Positions 10,250 through 19,142 of a DNA stretch of 64,000 nucleotides are shown in pieces; position 1 is the stretch's first letter; the number at the start of each line of letters is the position of its first letter. Position numbers and translations under genes: made by a program. The notes beneath the pieces are model-generated. The model was not told the origin of the DNA and did not search any database. It was given only the letters and a program-made list of their open reading frames with translations. The stretch comes from Alphaproteobacteria bacterium (GTDB lineage Bacteria; Pseudomonadota; Alphaproteobacteria; UBA9219). Location: contig JAQVBU010000008.1 of the NCBI GenBank assembly GCA_028690155.1, positions 7,593 to 71,592 on the forward strand. Direction: 5' to 3'.

Positions 10250-11052
10250 CAGTACTGAATCCCCTTTCTGTCAAGGTAATCCGCGATCCGCTTGATGTGC
10301 GGAGCGGCGTTGACGAGGCATTGCACATCGATCTGTGCCACCTCGTCCATCGGCTTATCTTCGCTGTCTCCCGGATTCTGCGGGCGCTCCGGCCAGCCGC
10401 GAACCCCAAGCCCGAAGCTATCCTTGAACGGCCAGTTGTACGTCGGCGCGAATCCGAACCCGCCGTACTTCATGATCGCGAGCATCTCCATGTGCGTGTA
10501 GTCGTACATCGGGCACACCTTCTTGGTGTCTCCGTTGAAATAGACGCCACCGTCGCCCGGTTTCCCGCAGTAATTCCCGTCCTGCGTTCTGTGCCCGAGG
10601 ATAATCGCATCAAACTTGTGCGCGGCCACGTACTTGTTCCAGGCCGCTCGCTGCGGATGATACCACCGGCCGGCTTGCTTCTTGTCCTTCGGGAAAAGGA
10701 GCTCCGGGTGCTTGTTCAGGAAGTCGTACTGCAGATCGTGATTGAACACGTTCGTAAAGTCCGGCATGCTGTCATACCGCCACTTTCTGATCTCCGGGAA
10801 TTCCAGTGCGACGCCGTACTCGGACATGATCGCGTCCTTTATGCCGGCGCGGTCGCAGATGACGCGCAGCGCCTGACTGTCTTTCCCGCCAGACCATCCG
10901 AACGTCGCGTGCGTGGAGGGCGCGTGCTCCTTGATGCGCGCTACCGCCTTGTCAATCAGCCGCTCCACGTTGTCCTTGCCGACGATCTCAACAGACCGCT
11001 CGTAAGCCTCGTACCATTCCGCGGCGGGCGTTCCGAATTTCGATAACTTCAT
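10249..11052 (-). CDS. PAPS reductase family PP-loop protein
   Basis: FGWSGGKDSQAL PP-loop motif; size typical of the PAPS reductase/CysH-like family. Confidence 0.65.
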   Translation of the reverse strand: MKLSKFGTPAAEWYEAYERSVEIVGKDNVERLIDKAVARIKEHAPSTHATFGWSGGKDSQALRVICDRAGIKDAIMSEYGVALEFPEIRKWRYDSMPDFTNVFNHDLQYDFLNKHPELLFPKDKKQAGRWYHPQRAAWNKYVAAHKFDAIILGHRTQDGNYCGKPGDGGVYFNGDTKKVCPMYDYTHMEMLAIMKYGGFGFAPTYNWPFKDSFGLGVRGWPERPQNPGDSEDKPMDEVAQIDVQCLVNAAPHIKRIADYLDRKGIQY

Positions 11053-12045
11053 TCATCTGCCATCCTTTGCTTGCGAACGCTTCTCTTTCCAATGCCACGC
11101 GAGGGCGAATGCGATAGCGCCGAATACGATCCAGATGCGGATCGAACTCATGAGCGTCCACGCGCCCATAACGCCCAGCGGTATGATGAACTGCCAGAGC
11201 GCGACGGTGGCGACATTGATTGCCAGCCCCAGCCTCTTTCCGAATGTGATGTAGATGCTGTACAGGAACGATGATACCGTGGACAGCAGGGTAATCAGCA
11301 CTGCCAGAACAATGCTGAGTGCCGGAGGGAAGCGCGTCCACGAAAGCAGGAATGTGAAGATGAGGTACACCCCAAAAAGAAGCCCGCCGTTTATGAAAAC
11401 GCGGGTGATGTTGATCTTTTTCGTCCCGTCCCCGTTCTGCTCGTTGTAGTCGAGCATCTCGAAAAAATACGGGTAGAGGAAAGGACCCGGCAGCAGGAGA
11501 ACGCACTTTTCGATCCCGATGCCTATTTGATCGGCGCCCATCGTCAGGGGGATCATGTTTCCCCTGGAGTAGATCATGGCCAGAACCGTCAATAGGAGGG
11601 CGATGGCATAAACGCCAATCCACGCCGCATAATCCGAGAGCACGGTGCGGATCATCCCGTTTCTCCATAGCATGATGATGAAGCCTATGGCAATGGCATA
11701 GGCCAGCGCCATCCCAAAAACGCCGGTCAAAGGCGTGTCATCAAATATGGACTGGATGCCGTTGAGATTTGTCCACACCTGGAACACGCACATGAAACCG
11801 ACGAGATAGTGCATGATTCGGCTTCTGAACACCTCGCGCAGTTTCGGGATGCGCGGCGCGAAGATTCCGAACAGAATGCAGGCGATCGTGTTCCCGAACG
11901 CCCAGAGCAAAAACGGTATGATGCCGTAATCGCGAGCCATCTGCATCCCGACCATGAGCGCCCCGACGCCCGCCCACGTTGATGCGATGGACATGGAGTA
12001 GTATAGCGAAGGATTGCGTTTGAAGCGTGAGCCCGCAGATTGCAT
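11053..12045 (-). CDS. polytopic membrane protein (about 10 TM), possible transporter
   Basis: Repeated long hydrophobic segments throughout. Start at 12045 is the most plausible Met. Sits directly downstream of the ParB/PAPS pairs. Confidence 0.45.
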   Translation of the reverse strand: MQSAGSRFKRNPSLYYSMSIASTWAGVGALMVGMQMARDYGIIPFLLWAFGNTIACILFGIFAPRIPKLREVFRSRIMHYLVGFMCVFQVWTNLNGIQSIFDDTPLTGVFGMALAYAIAIGFIIMLWRNGMIRTVLSDYAAWIGVYAIALLLTVLAMIYSRGNMIPLTMGADQIGIGIEKCVLLLPGPFLYPYFFEMLDYNEQNGDGTKKINITRVFINGGLLFGVYLIFTFLLSWTRFPPALSIVLAVLITLLSTVSSFLYSIYITFGKRLGLAINVATVALWQFIIPLGVMGAWTLMSSIRIWIVFGAIAFALAWHWKEKRSQAKDGR

Positions 12046-12248
12046 TGTGTTCCTCCCTGTGCATACAAAAAAGCGGCCCATGTTGGCCGCTTTTGCGCTT
12101 TTTGCTGCATACAGTATAGCACCCTGCGGAATGCCCTGTCAACGCCCAATAAATGCCCTTATTAGGGGCTTTAATTTAAGGCTATGGTTTCCTTTAGGAG
12201 CATCCGAAACGCGGCGGCAGGGGCGCACTGGCGCCGGCAGCGTACCCT

Positions 12249-12941
12249 CTACTCCGTGAGCCGCCCGCCACCGATGGCGTCAATGCCAAACAGGAGCGCC
12301 GTTACGCATTCGACCGCCGCGTCGAGGTCTTTATCAACCGTCCTTGGGTGAATATGTTCCCGGTCAGCGATGGCGTTTACGGACATCGGTTCTTCTATGA
12401 GGTATTTCGCGTTGAGCACGCGGTATTGCCGTTTTACGCTTTGCATGGGGGATTTGTCACAATAAGCCGCGTAAATATCCAGCATTCGCTCGATGTGCCG
12501 TAGGATAATCATCGTGCGCATTGCTGACCGCTTGATGCTGTCTATGTAAACTTCCTCATTCCTGATGGAACGATTCAGCATATCCCATATCTCGCCCGGA
12601 GCCGGCTCGTCGTCTTGGGTTGCGATTTCATACACGGCACTCTCGCAATGCGCCTTCAAACTGTTGTAGTTTCTGAGCAGGAGGCGCGTATTGTACATAC
12701 GGCGATCCATCGCCTTGGCCTTTTCTTTTTTGCGGATATTCACCCGTTCCTTTTCCACGGCATGTGCGCCGGCGCGCGTCGCCTCGGCGACAACGCTCTC
12801 GATGGTTTGCTTCATGGCTCCATCGGCGCACTTGTCGATCATGGATAGCGCGGTGATCGCTCCAGTTTCCGCGGCGAGTTTCACAACCTCTTGGATCGTC
12901 ATGTTGGTCACCCCCATTCCCACACACTGCATCGTTTTCAA
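12249..12941 (-). CDS. putative late-gene transcriptional regulator (C-terminal sigma-70 region-4-like HTH)
   Basis: C-terminal HTH-like segment REHIHPRTVDKDLDAAVECVTALLFG. Position upstream of the packaging module. Confidence 0.3.
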   Translation of the reverse strand: MKTMQCVGMGVTNMTIQEVVKLAAETGAITALSMIDKCADGAMKQTIESVVAEATRAGAHAVEKERVNIRKKEKAKAMDRRMYNTRLLLRNYNSLKAHCESAVYEIATQDDEPAPGEIWDMLNRSIRNEEVYIDSIKRSAMRTMIILRHIERMLDIYAAYCDKSPMQSVKRQYRVLNAKYLIEEPMSVNAIADREHIHPRTVDKDLDAAVECVTALLFGIDAIGGGRLTE

Positions 12942-13693
12942 GTTGTCATACCGTCGAGGAAGTTGATTTCAAACCCGTTGAACTTCACGGCGTATTCCTC
13001 TATATCGCCTGGCGTAACGTATTTCCTGCCATACAGGCACTTCATGTCCCGCCACACCGCCCACGGGATGCGATAAAACTCATAGAATGCGAAACTGACA
13101 AGGACAAAGCAGCGCGCGCCCATGTTGTGCAGCCGGTCGAGCGCCTTCGCCTGGTCGTCCGTGACTACGGTTTGCTTGATCCGGTCGGAGTCCGTGAACT
13201 TCGCCTCGAACGCAACGGTGATCCCGCCTGAGAGTGAGCCCTTGAAGTCCGGCTGCGCCTTTTTCTCGAAGCACGCGATAAACCGTCCGCTGCCGAGGCT
13301 CTGAATCGGACGCATCGGCTCCGGCGTCTTCTCGATTTCCGCGATGCCTGCCTCTGCGTATCGCGCGCATGACCGCTCTATGATTTCCTCGAACGCTTTC
13401 CCGTTGGTCTTATTTGTGCGCCCGGCAATGCTATGGCGATACTTCGCCTGCTCGTCGCGGTCACGGAATGATGGCGCATTGATGACCCGCTTTTTAGGCT
13501 CGCGTAGTTCCATCTGCTTGTATGCGAGAATCTGATTGCGTTCGTCGGTGATTTTTCTCATATGTCCTCCATAGCTCACTGGTCGAGAAAGTGCATCTGT
13601 GCGGAATTCGCCGCACACGCTCGGTTCATCCAAAGAAACTCCATTCGCGGCGCGCCACGTTCCGCCCGGCTTGATACGCTTTTCATCCGCCAA
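12938..13693 (-). CDS. recU: Holliday junction resolvase RecU-like
   Basis: Blocks NGKAFEEIIE, FEAKFTD and CFVLVSFAFYEFY align with the B. subtilis RecU core. The N-terminal start is uncertain. Confidence 0.55.
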   Translation of the reverse strand: MADEKRIKPGGTWRAANGVSLDEPSVCGEFRTDALSRPVSYGGHMRKITDERNQILAYKQMELREPKKRVINAPSFRDRDEQAKYRHSIAGRTNKTNGKAFEEIIERSCARYAEAGIAEIEKTPEPMRPIQSLGSGRFIACFEKKAQPDFKGSLSGGITVAFEAKFTDSDRIKQTVVTDDQAKALDRLHNMGARCFVLVSFAFYEFYRIPWAVWRDMKCLYGRKYVTPGDIEEYAVKFNGFEINFLDGMTT

Positions 13694-14399
13694 TCGGGCA
13701 GCATGTCGCGGTATATCTCGCAGTCGTACCCGGATAACATAATCATGCTGTCGCTCGCATTGAGCGCATTGAGCAACTCCACGTGATCGTCATCGCTCAT
13801 TTCGTGCCTGTATTGATCCCGGTGCGCCGTTCTGGATCGTCTGACATAGGGGGGTCAACATACATGAGCAAGTCCGTGCCGCTCATTCGGTTGATGAGTT
13901 CAAGCGCCGGTCTGTTCTCGATCTGGACGCTCATGAGCCGGCTTGCCACGGCGGTGATGCGTTCCGGCAGGTTCATCCAAAGCTTTGGGTTGTCCGGCCC
14001 GCTGTTCATCTGCTTCCCGGTCGTATTCCTCCATCCTGTCTTTTTGCTCATGCAACTTCCGAATGCCATCCAAGAACGGACGAGAAACCTCCGCGCTGCT
14101 TCCACGTCATCCACCTCGTTTTCATCGTCGAATTCAGCCATGTCATATTCCATTCGCGCCCACGGCGTGAGGGATACGACCCTCGCCAATTCGTCCGGAT
14201 GGTTTCTGCAGGTGCGGAAGAACCGCACGATGGCGCCGTCCAGATCGTTTACCGTTTCGATGCGCGACGGCCTCTTGTTGAGCAGGACCGCGAGGCTGCC
14301 GGCGTATGGTTCCAGGTACCCGACATGCGGCGGCATGCTCTCGATGATCCACCCAGCGATCCTCCACTTTGCCCCCGGATACTTTAAGATGGGCTGCAC
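13576..14399 (-). pseudogene. dam: Dam-like N6-adenine DNA methyltransferase (D12 class) interrupted by a -1 frameshift in a G6/C6 homopolymer
   Basis: N-terminal KYPGAKWRIAGWI (motif I). The upstream ORF ends ...DPPM-SDDPERR...K*. Adding one C at 13849-13854 restores DPPY and fuses in frame to the downstream 74-aa ORF, which carries the Dam C-terminal region. Confidence 0.6.
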
Positions 14400-14435
14400 G
14401 ATCTTTCCTCCTCGGTATAAAGACTTTTAAGCCTC

Positions 14436-14747
14436 TCAGGCGTTCGTCCTGTTTTCGGCTTTTTCTCTTATTCGGTCGCAGGTTTTCTTATATTTCTGCG
14501 GGAGGCGCAAAACCGTTATGAGTGTTTCGCCCGCGAACAGGAATACTTTGTCCCCATAGATGCGGATGTTGTTTGCCTTCCTCTCGCGCAAGTACAATCC
14601 ATCTAAGTACCGTTTCAGGCTTCCGGATGTCTGGGTATGGGTTATGCCTTTATCGAACGCGTTGTTCGTGACTTTCAACTGAGCGGATTTATTGCATCCG
14701 CATCTCCCTTTGAGCCTTTTTTGAGAGTGCCTGGTCAATTCACACAT
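14436..14747 (-). CDS. hypothetical protein (weak DUF4258-like N-terminus)
   Basis: 103-aa ORF. HSQKRLKGR resembles the HxxxRxxERGI motif only loosely. Confidence 0.25.
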   Translation of the reverse strand: MCELTRHSQKRLKGRCGCNKSAQLKVTNNAFDKGITHTQTSGSLKRYLDGLYLRERKANNIRIYGDKVFLFAGETLITVLRLPQKYKKTCDRIREKAENRTNA

Positions 14748-14874
14748 AGTTCCCCTCCTTTCAGCCGATCAGCATTGTCTTTTCTTGTCCGATCTTTTGA
14801 CCAGAAGAATCGCGAGTCCTATTCCGATTGCGTGATACGCGATTCCCGCAATAAGCTCCAACGTTTTCACCGCC

Positions 14875-15135
14875 CTAGGGTTTTATAAATGCGTGGAACA
14901 CATAGAACGTCTCGGCCTCAAACGTCCCGAGAAACTGATAGGTTTCGATGTCCTCGGGCGCTTCGCGGCCGGTCCCGAGAACCAGTACCTCGCATTGGAT
15001 TGGCTGCTTCTCCGTATCCACCAGCGCCCAAAGGCAAAAGTTACCCCTCTGCCAACCCACGTGGAGCGGGCGAATCATCGGTATATCAAATTGTGCTTTC
15101 GATCCTTTGAAGCAGTACTTATATACGGTTTTCAT
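14875..15135 (-). CDS. hypothetical phage protein
   Basis: 86-aa ORF on the same strand, tightly packed. Confidence 0.3.
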   Translation of the reverse strand: MKTVYKYCFKGSKAQFDIPMIRPLHVGWQRGNFCLWALVDTEKQPIQCEVLVLGTGREAPEDIETYQFLGTFEAETFYVFHAFIKP

Positions 15136-15473
15136 GGGTGGAACACCATCTTTTGCTGATCGCTCATGTGTCTGAGCGCGGCATTCGCGTCTCGGAGGGC
15201 GACGAATGTGTTTCGCCCGCGCGCTTTCGTCTCCTTGACAAAGCGTTCGATTTCGGCCTTGTTGTTAGACCGCCAGTAACCCGATGGCTGATGTGCTGTT
15301 GAGAGGATGGCGTATCCATCCTCGCCGGGTTTGGCTCGAAATTGGGCGATTTGATTTCTGGCGTTTCTGTCTGAGCATTCCCATAAGCGGGCGAGGGAAG
15401 ACCGGCTAATTGCGTTGTTGCGCCCTATCGGTATATCTTCTCTTTTCGGAATACACATTTTTACTCCCTCCAT
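15132..15473 (-). CDS. hypothetical DNA-binding protein (HTH-like), translationally coupled to ssb
   Basis: Start ATG overlaps the ssb stop (TGATG). Contains the HTH-like segment ISRSSLARLWECSDRNARNQIAQF. Confidence 0.3.
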   Translation of the reverse strand: MEGVKMCIPKREDIPIGRNNAISRSSLARLWECSDRNARNQIAQFRAKPGEDGYAILSTAHQPSGYWRSNNKAEIERFVKETKARGRNTFVALRDANAALRHMSDQQKMVFHP

Positions 15474-15889
15474 CAAAACGGTAGTTCGTCGTCTGGAACG
15501 TCCTGCTCGTCTTGCGCGTCCGGCGCGGTTTGCGGATGGTGAGCTATTGCGGATTGCTCGTTGGTGGCTTGGGGTTTCGTGTCTACGAATTCGACCTCGG
15601 CAGCCACGACTTCGGTCACGTAGCGCTTGGAGCCATCCTGCGCAGTATAATCTCTTGTTTGGAGCGAACCAACGATAGCGGCTTTTCTCCCTTTTGCCAG
15701 ATACTTCGCGCATGTTTCGCCGAGTTTATCCCATGCGATGATGTTGATAAAGTCGGCTTCTCGCTTTCCTTGCTGGTTGGCGAACTTTCGTTGAACGGCA
15801 AGTCGAAACTGCGCCACAAACTTCCCGTTTTGCGTCGTGCGTAACTCCACATCATTGGCAAGGTTTCCGATCAGAATCACCTTATTCAT
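15473..15889 (-). CDS. ssb: single-stranded DNA-binding protein
   Basis: OB-fold SSB pattern MNKVILIGNLANDVELRTTQNGK. Acidic C-terminal tail DDELPF. Confidence 0.8.
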   Translation of the reverse strand: MNKVILIGNLANDVELRTTQNGKFVAQFRLAVQRKFANQQGKREADFINIIAWDKLGETCAKYLAKGRKAAIVGSLQTRDYTAQDGSKRYVTEVVAAEVEFVDTKPQATNEQSAIAHHPQTAPDAQDEQDVPDDELPF

Positions 15890-15933
15890 TGCGCGCCTCC
15901 TTGCAAAAGATTCAATATGCGTCCTTATTTAAT

Positions 15934-15962
15934 ATTATAGCCCCAGTTTGGGGCATTGTCAA
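15934..15962 (-). promoter_or_regulatory. sigma-70-type promoter TTGACA-N17-TATAAT with spacer palindrome GCCCC-N5-GGGGC (copy 1)
   Basis: Reverse complement reads TTGACAatgccccaaactggggcTATAAT, upstream of ssb. Confidence 0.6.
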
Positions 15963-16018
15963 TAAAAACAATGCCCTTTCACCTTTCATTCGGGGGAAAA
16001 TGACCGTGAGGTTGTAGC

Positions 16019-16267
16019 CTAGCGCTTGCGTTTTGTCTCGACCGCACTTCCCTTTGCTTCGGCCTCGAGCGTCTTTACCGCCTCAGTTACGTCCTCGTTT
16101 GTGTACCCGAGGTGGAGAATCATAGCGCATACCCCATACCACACGGCAACCAACTTCCTGAACAGAACCTGCCGCACTGCCTTCTTCTTGATGTTGGCAC
16201 GCTTGATGACCACGATCGTATGGATCTCCGACATGGCGTTGATGGTCGAATTGATCAGCTTATCCAT
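16019..16267 (-). CDS. hypothetical small protein
   Basis: 82-aa ORF with one hydrophobic segment. Confidence 0.2.
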   Translation of the reverse strand: MDKLINSTINAMSEIHTIVVIKRANIKKKAVRQVLFRKLVAVWYGVCAMILHLGYTNEDVTEAVKTLEAEAKGSAVETKRKR

Positions 16268-16800
16268 TTTTCCTGCCTTTCTCCACCATTGACGAGCCTC
16301 GTTTTGCGAAGAATCTTGCTTACCGCCCCTTGGGTGATTCCATACTTGGAGGCGATAACAACCTGCTTGTGCCCAAGCGCATAGAGCCGTGCAACTTCGC
16401 CTCGCTCGGCGTCGCTCAGTTTCGCGTTCGGGTTTTTCTCTCCGACAGTGGCGGTCCCAGCGTTGTACTTATCGCACCAATTCTCGTATGCCGACCCGTA
16501 TTCCAAGTTCTCGATTCTGTTGTCGTGGCTATCGCCGTTCAAATGCCGTACCTGCATACCGGCACGCGGAGGCTTGCCGTTGAATGCAGCGCACACGAGG
16601 GAGTGCACATTCACCGTAACATACGTCATGTCCCTTCTCATGAGGCTCACGGTTTCGTACTTGCCTCCCGAGTGCTTCTTGACAGGGGCGACCTTGATGT
16701 GCATCCGGCCTTCAATGATCTCGCTATCGACCACGCTGTAGATGCCGCCATCGCTTCCGGCATAGTATCCGCAGTACTCGTCCAGTTTTACATATCGCAT
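16255..16800 (-). CDS. HNH homing endonuclease (NUMOD4 + HNH_3)
   Basis: YCGYYAGSDGGIYS (NUMOD4-like) and VHSLVCAAFNGKPPRAGMQVRHLNGDSHDNRIENLE (HNH). Start ATG at 16800. Confidence 0.7.
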   Translation of the reverse strand: MRYVKLDEYCGYYAGSDGGIYSVVDSEIIEGRMHIKVAPVKKHSGGKYETVSLMRRDMTYVTVNVHSLVCAAFNGKPPRAGMQVRHLNGDSHDNRIENLEYGSAYENWCDKYNAGTATVGEKNPNAKLSDAERGEVARLYALGHKQVVIASKYGITQGAVSKILRKTRLVNGGERQEKWIS

Positions 16801-16859
16801 GGCGTACCTCCCATATCGCTCACACGCTTCGTAATTCCCCCGGCGATCTTGCCGCCTGC

Positions 16860-17081
16860 TCACTTGTATATCTTTCCCGTCGCTCTGTCCCGCACCTCGA
16901 TGCGGCACAATAGATCAAACCCCGCAAGGTCTATTATGCCTTTTAGCGCCCTGATAAGCTGCATTGGACGCTGATCTGCCTCGCTCTGTCGGTCGTGCGC
17001 TCGCATCACGTTTGACAAGGCACTGTGGGCCGTTGGGTCGAGATAGCCTTCTGCGTTGCGAATCGGTATCCTGTCAGCCAT
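16860..17081 (-). CDS. hypothetical protein
   Basis: 73-aa ORF. Confidence 0.25.
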   Translation of the reverse strand: MADRIPIRNAEGYLDPTAHSALSNVMRAHDRQSEADQRPMQLIRALKGIIDLAGFDLLCRIEVRDRATGKIYK

Positions 17082-17451
17082 TCATGAACCTCTGCACGGA
17101 AAGAGCAATCCCCTCGTTATGGTTCTCGAGGGCTTGAAGAACGTCATATTCATCCATTCCCGCTTCAATAAGCTCATAGGCGGCCTTCATCCGCAGGATT
17201 TCTCCATCCACTCCGTAGGTGTTGTTCTCAGCCCTTACCTCATAGAAGCACGCATCCGAAAACCGTCTGCTCGACACCGTAGCGAGCATGTTCCGTACTT
17301 CTGCCCGTCTTGCGGCTTCGTCGAGCTTTTTTGCCGAGTACTCAAAAGCTTCCTTGATGAGCGCTCCGATCTTCTTGACCATCACCAGTCTCCTTTCCCG
17401 CGCTCTTGGCGCGGATTTTGTCCCGAGCGGTAGAGGCCGCATTTTCGGCAT
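17074..17451 (-). CDS. hypothetical protein
   Basis: 125-aa ORF. Confidence 0.3.
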   Translation of the reverse strand: MPKMRPLPLGTKSAPRARERRLVMVKKIGALIKEAFEYSAKKLDEAARRAEVRNMLATVSSRRFSDACFYEVRAENNTYGVDGEILRMKAAYELIEAGMDEYDVLQALENHNEGIALSVQRFMNG

Positions 17452-17560
17452 CTTTGAAGCAGCCCCATCGTGTCCTGATCCTCAAACCGATGTCGGCAAA
17501 ATACCCGATTCCAGAAAAGCCGCCCAGAACCAAAAGCACCATATTTGTACTTGCGCTTCA

Positions 17561-17827
17561 TCAGCCATCATCTCCTCCGTTCCATACAACGCCCTTGCCC
17601 TTACAGGCCGGACATTCGCCGTCCACGTCCGCTCCGCGCCCATTGCATACGGGGCACTTGAAAGGCTTTAGGGCGGGGGCTTTGCCTTTCAGATGGTCAA
17701 AGCATTCCGGGCAAATGTGAAGCATAATGAGAGCGGTCTCCCCGCAATGAGGGCATACCGTGTTGTTCAAGAGGCTGTGCGCCGTGAATTTCTTCCGGCA
17801 TCCGCAGCAATTAACTTCGCGCACCAT
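17561..17827 (-). CDS. Cys-rich small protein (multiple zinc-ribbon motifs)
   Basis: Four CxxC pairs in 88 aa. Confidence 0.35.
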   Translation of the reverse strand: MVREVNCCGCRKKFTAHSLLNNTVCPHCGETALIMLHICPECFDHLKGKAPALKPFKCPVCNGRGADVDGECPACKGKGVVWNGGDDG

Positions 17828-18299
17828 AATCCAACATCCTTCCGGCCTTCAATGCAGCTCCGGGGTCAGTGGCCGGAGCCAACGCGCCCTCGGCAGCCAG
17901 CGCCGCTTCTCCTTCTCTGCGTGCGTCTGCGAGCGTCTGGCCTTCCTTGGCGCCGACCATCCATGCGGGCGGTGTTGGCATCGTGCCCTTTTGCGGGCGC
18001 CAGATATGCAGCGCATACGGGTGCATATTGACATACTCGCTCTCCATCGGGTGATATTCAACGCAAACTTCTTCCGGGTGGAAGAACATGCGCTTGATCT
18101 CGCACATTTCTTCCCATGTAGGCGTCCGATTGGAGAATGAAACGCTTACGTGATCCCAACCGCCCCCCCAGCTGAACACGACCATCGCCGGGCGCGGCTT
18201 CTTGCTGCTGGCGAGGTGGGCTTCGGCCCAGCCTCCGTCTGCGCCTTCGCGAAGAATGATAAGGCGTGGGGTCTTCTTGATCTGGATAATATTCTTCAT
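17811..18299 (-). CDS. hypothetical phage protein
   Basis: 162-aa ORF; conserved-looking SWGGGWDHVSVS...EYHP core. Confidence 0.3.
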   Translation of the reverse strand: MKNIIQIKKTPRLIILREGADGGWAEAHLASSKKPRPAMVVFSWGGGWDHVSVSFSNRTPTWEEMCEIKRMFFHPEEVCVEYHPMESEYVNMHPYALHIWRPQKGTMPTPPAWMVGAKEGQTLADARREGEAALAAEGALAPATDPGAALKAGRMLDYGARS

Positions 18300-18617
18300 G
18301 GTTTACCTTCTCTCTCTGGTGTCATCCTCACGGTTATGGTATACTGCTGCAAAGGGGTGATTCGATGCCGACTCACATGCTTTCTAGTAATGAGAAAAAT
18401 GATCTCCGCATTTTTGTCGAGATGACCGTCAAGACCGGCTTACTCCCGCAGGAGATGGTGGAGAAGCTCAATACCGACAGACTTACGAAACAAGACCTAT
18501 CGCGAATCCAGCGCAAGATTGATGGTGTCATCGGCGGGGCGACCCTTGAGATTCGGCCAGGCACAGGGCGGTTGGTTATGGAATCTCTCATGATGGCAGC
18601 GACGGCGCATAGAGCGC

Positions 18618-19124
18618 TCACTCGGATTCGGGTATACGACTGGAAGTAGGCCCTTGTTTTGCTTCCTCTGTCGCCGGCTTTACGTTCCCTGGACATCCGG
18701 GATAGGGGCATTTGTGATCTCGCATGTCCTCAAGGCTTGCCGCAGAGAAACAGAATCTCCCGCATTTTTCACATATGTACTTTTTCATACGCTTCCCTTC
18801 TCCCGCTCGGCGCAGGAAGTTTCGTACCCGCGAAGCAGGCAGTCCCATAGCCATCATTTTCTCCGCGGCCTCAAGCGCGGGAAATAGGCGTTTGATTGTT
18901 TTCAGTTCCCGCTCCATATGCGCGCTCTTTTCTTGCAACGCGGTGATCTCGTCCGGGTTAAGGTCAGTGTCCTCATACCTCGCGAGCCGCACATAGTTCC
19001 TTGGAACAACACAACCGTTCGTGCATCCACCGATTTCATGGCAACCGCGCTTGCAGTAATTGTCCTGCCCGCAACACTCCCACGGGTCAAGGTTCCTCCA
19101 TGCCTTTTCTGTCAGCCTGTCCAT
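18618..19124 (-). CDS. Cys-rich hypothetical protein
   Basis: 168 aa with several CxxC/CxC motifs. Confidence 0.3.
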   Translation of the reverse strand: MDRLTEKAWRNLDPWECCGQDNYCKRGCHEIGGCTNGCVVPRNYVRLARYEDTDLNPDEITALQEKSAHMERELKTIKRLFPALEAAEKMMAMGLPASRVRNFLRRAGEGKRMKKYICEKCGRFCFSAASLEDMRDHKCPYPGCPGNVKPATEEAKQGPTSSRIPESE

Positions 19125-19142
19125 CCTCGTCCTCCTCCGATG

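Noticed and set aside
8374-11052. Assigning the PP-loop proteins as QueC (7-deazaguanine pathway) or DndC
   Set aside because: The motif is SGGKDS of the PAPS-reductase type, not the QueC context. No FolE/QueD/QueE/DpdA or DndA/D/E partners are present, so the IbrA/PAPS-reductase family is the safer call.
13797-14399. Reading the DPPM motif as an atypical Dam catalytic variant
   Set aside because: A single-nucleotide change in the adjacent C6 tract restores DPPY and in-frame fusion with the downstream Dam C-terminal ORF, so a frameshift is the simpler explanation.
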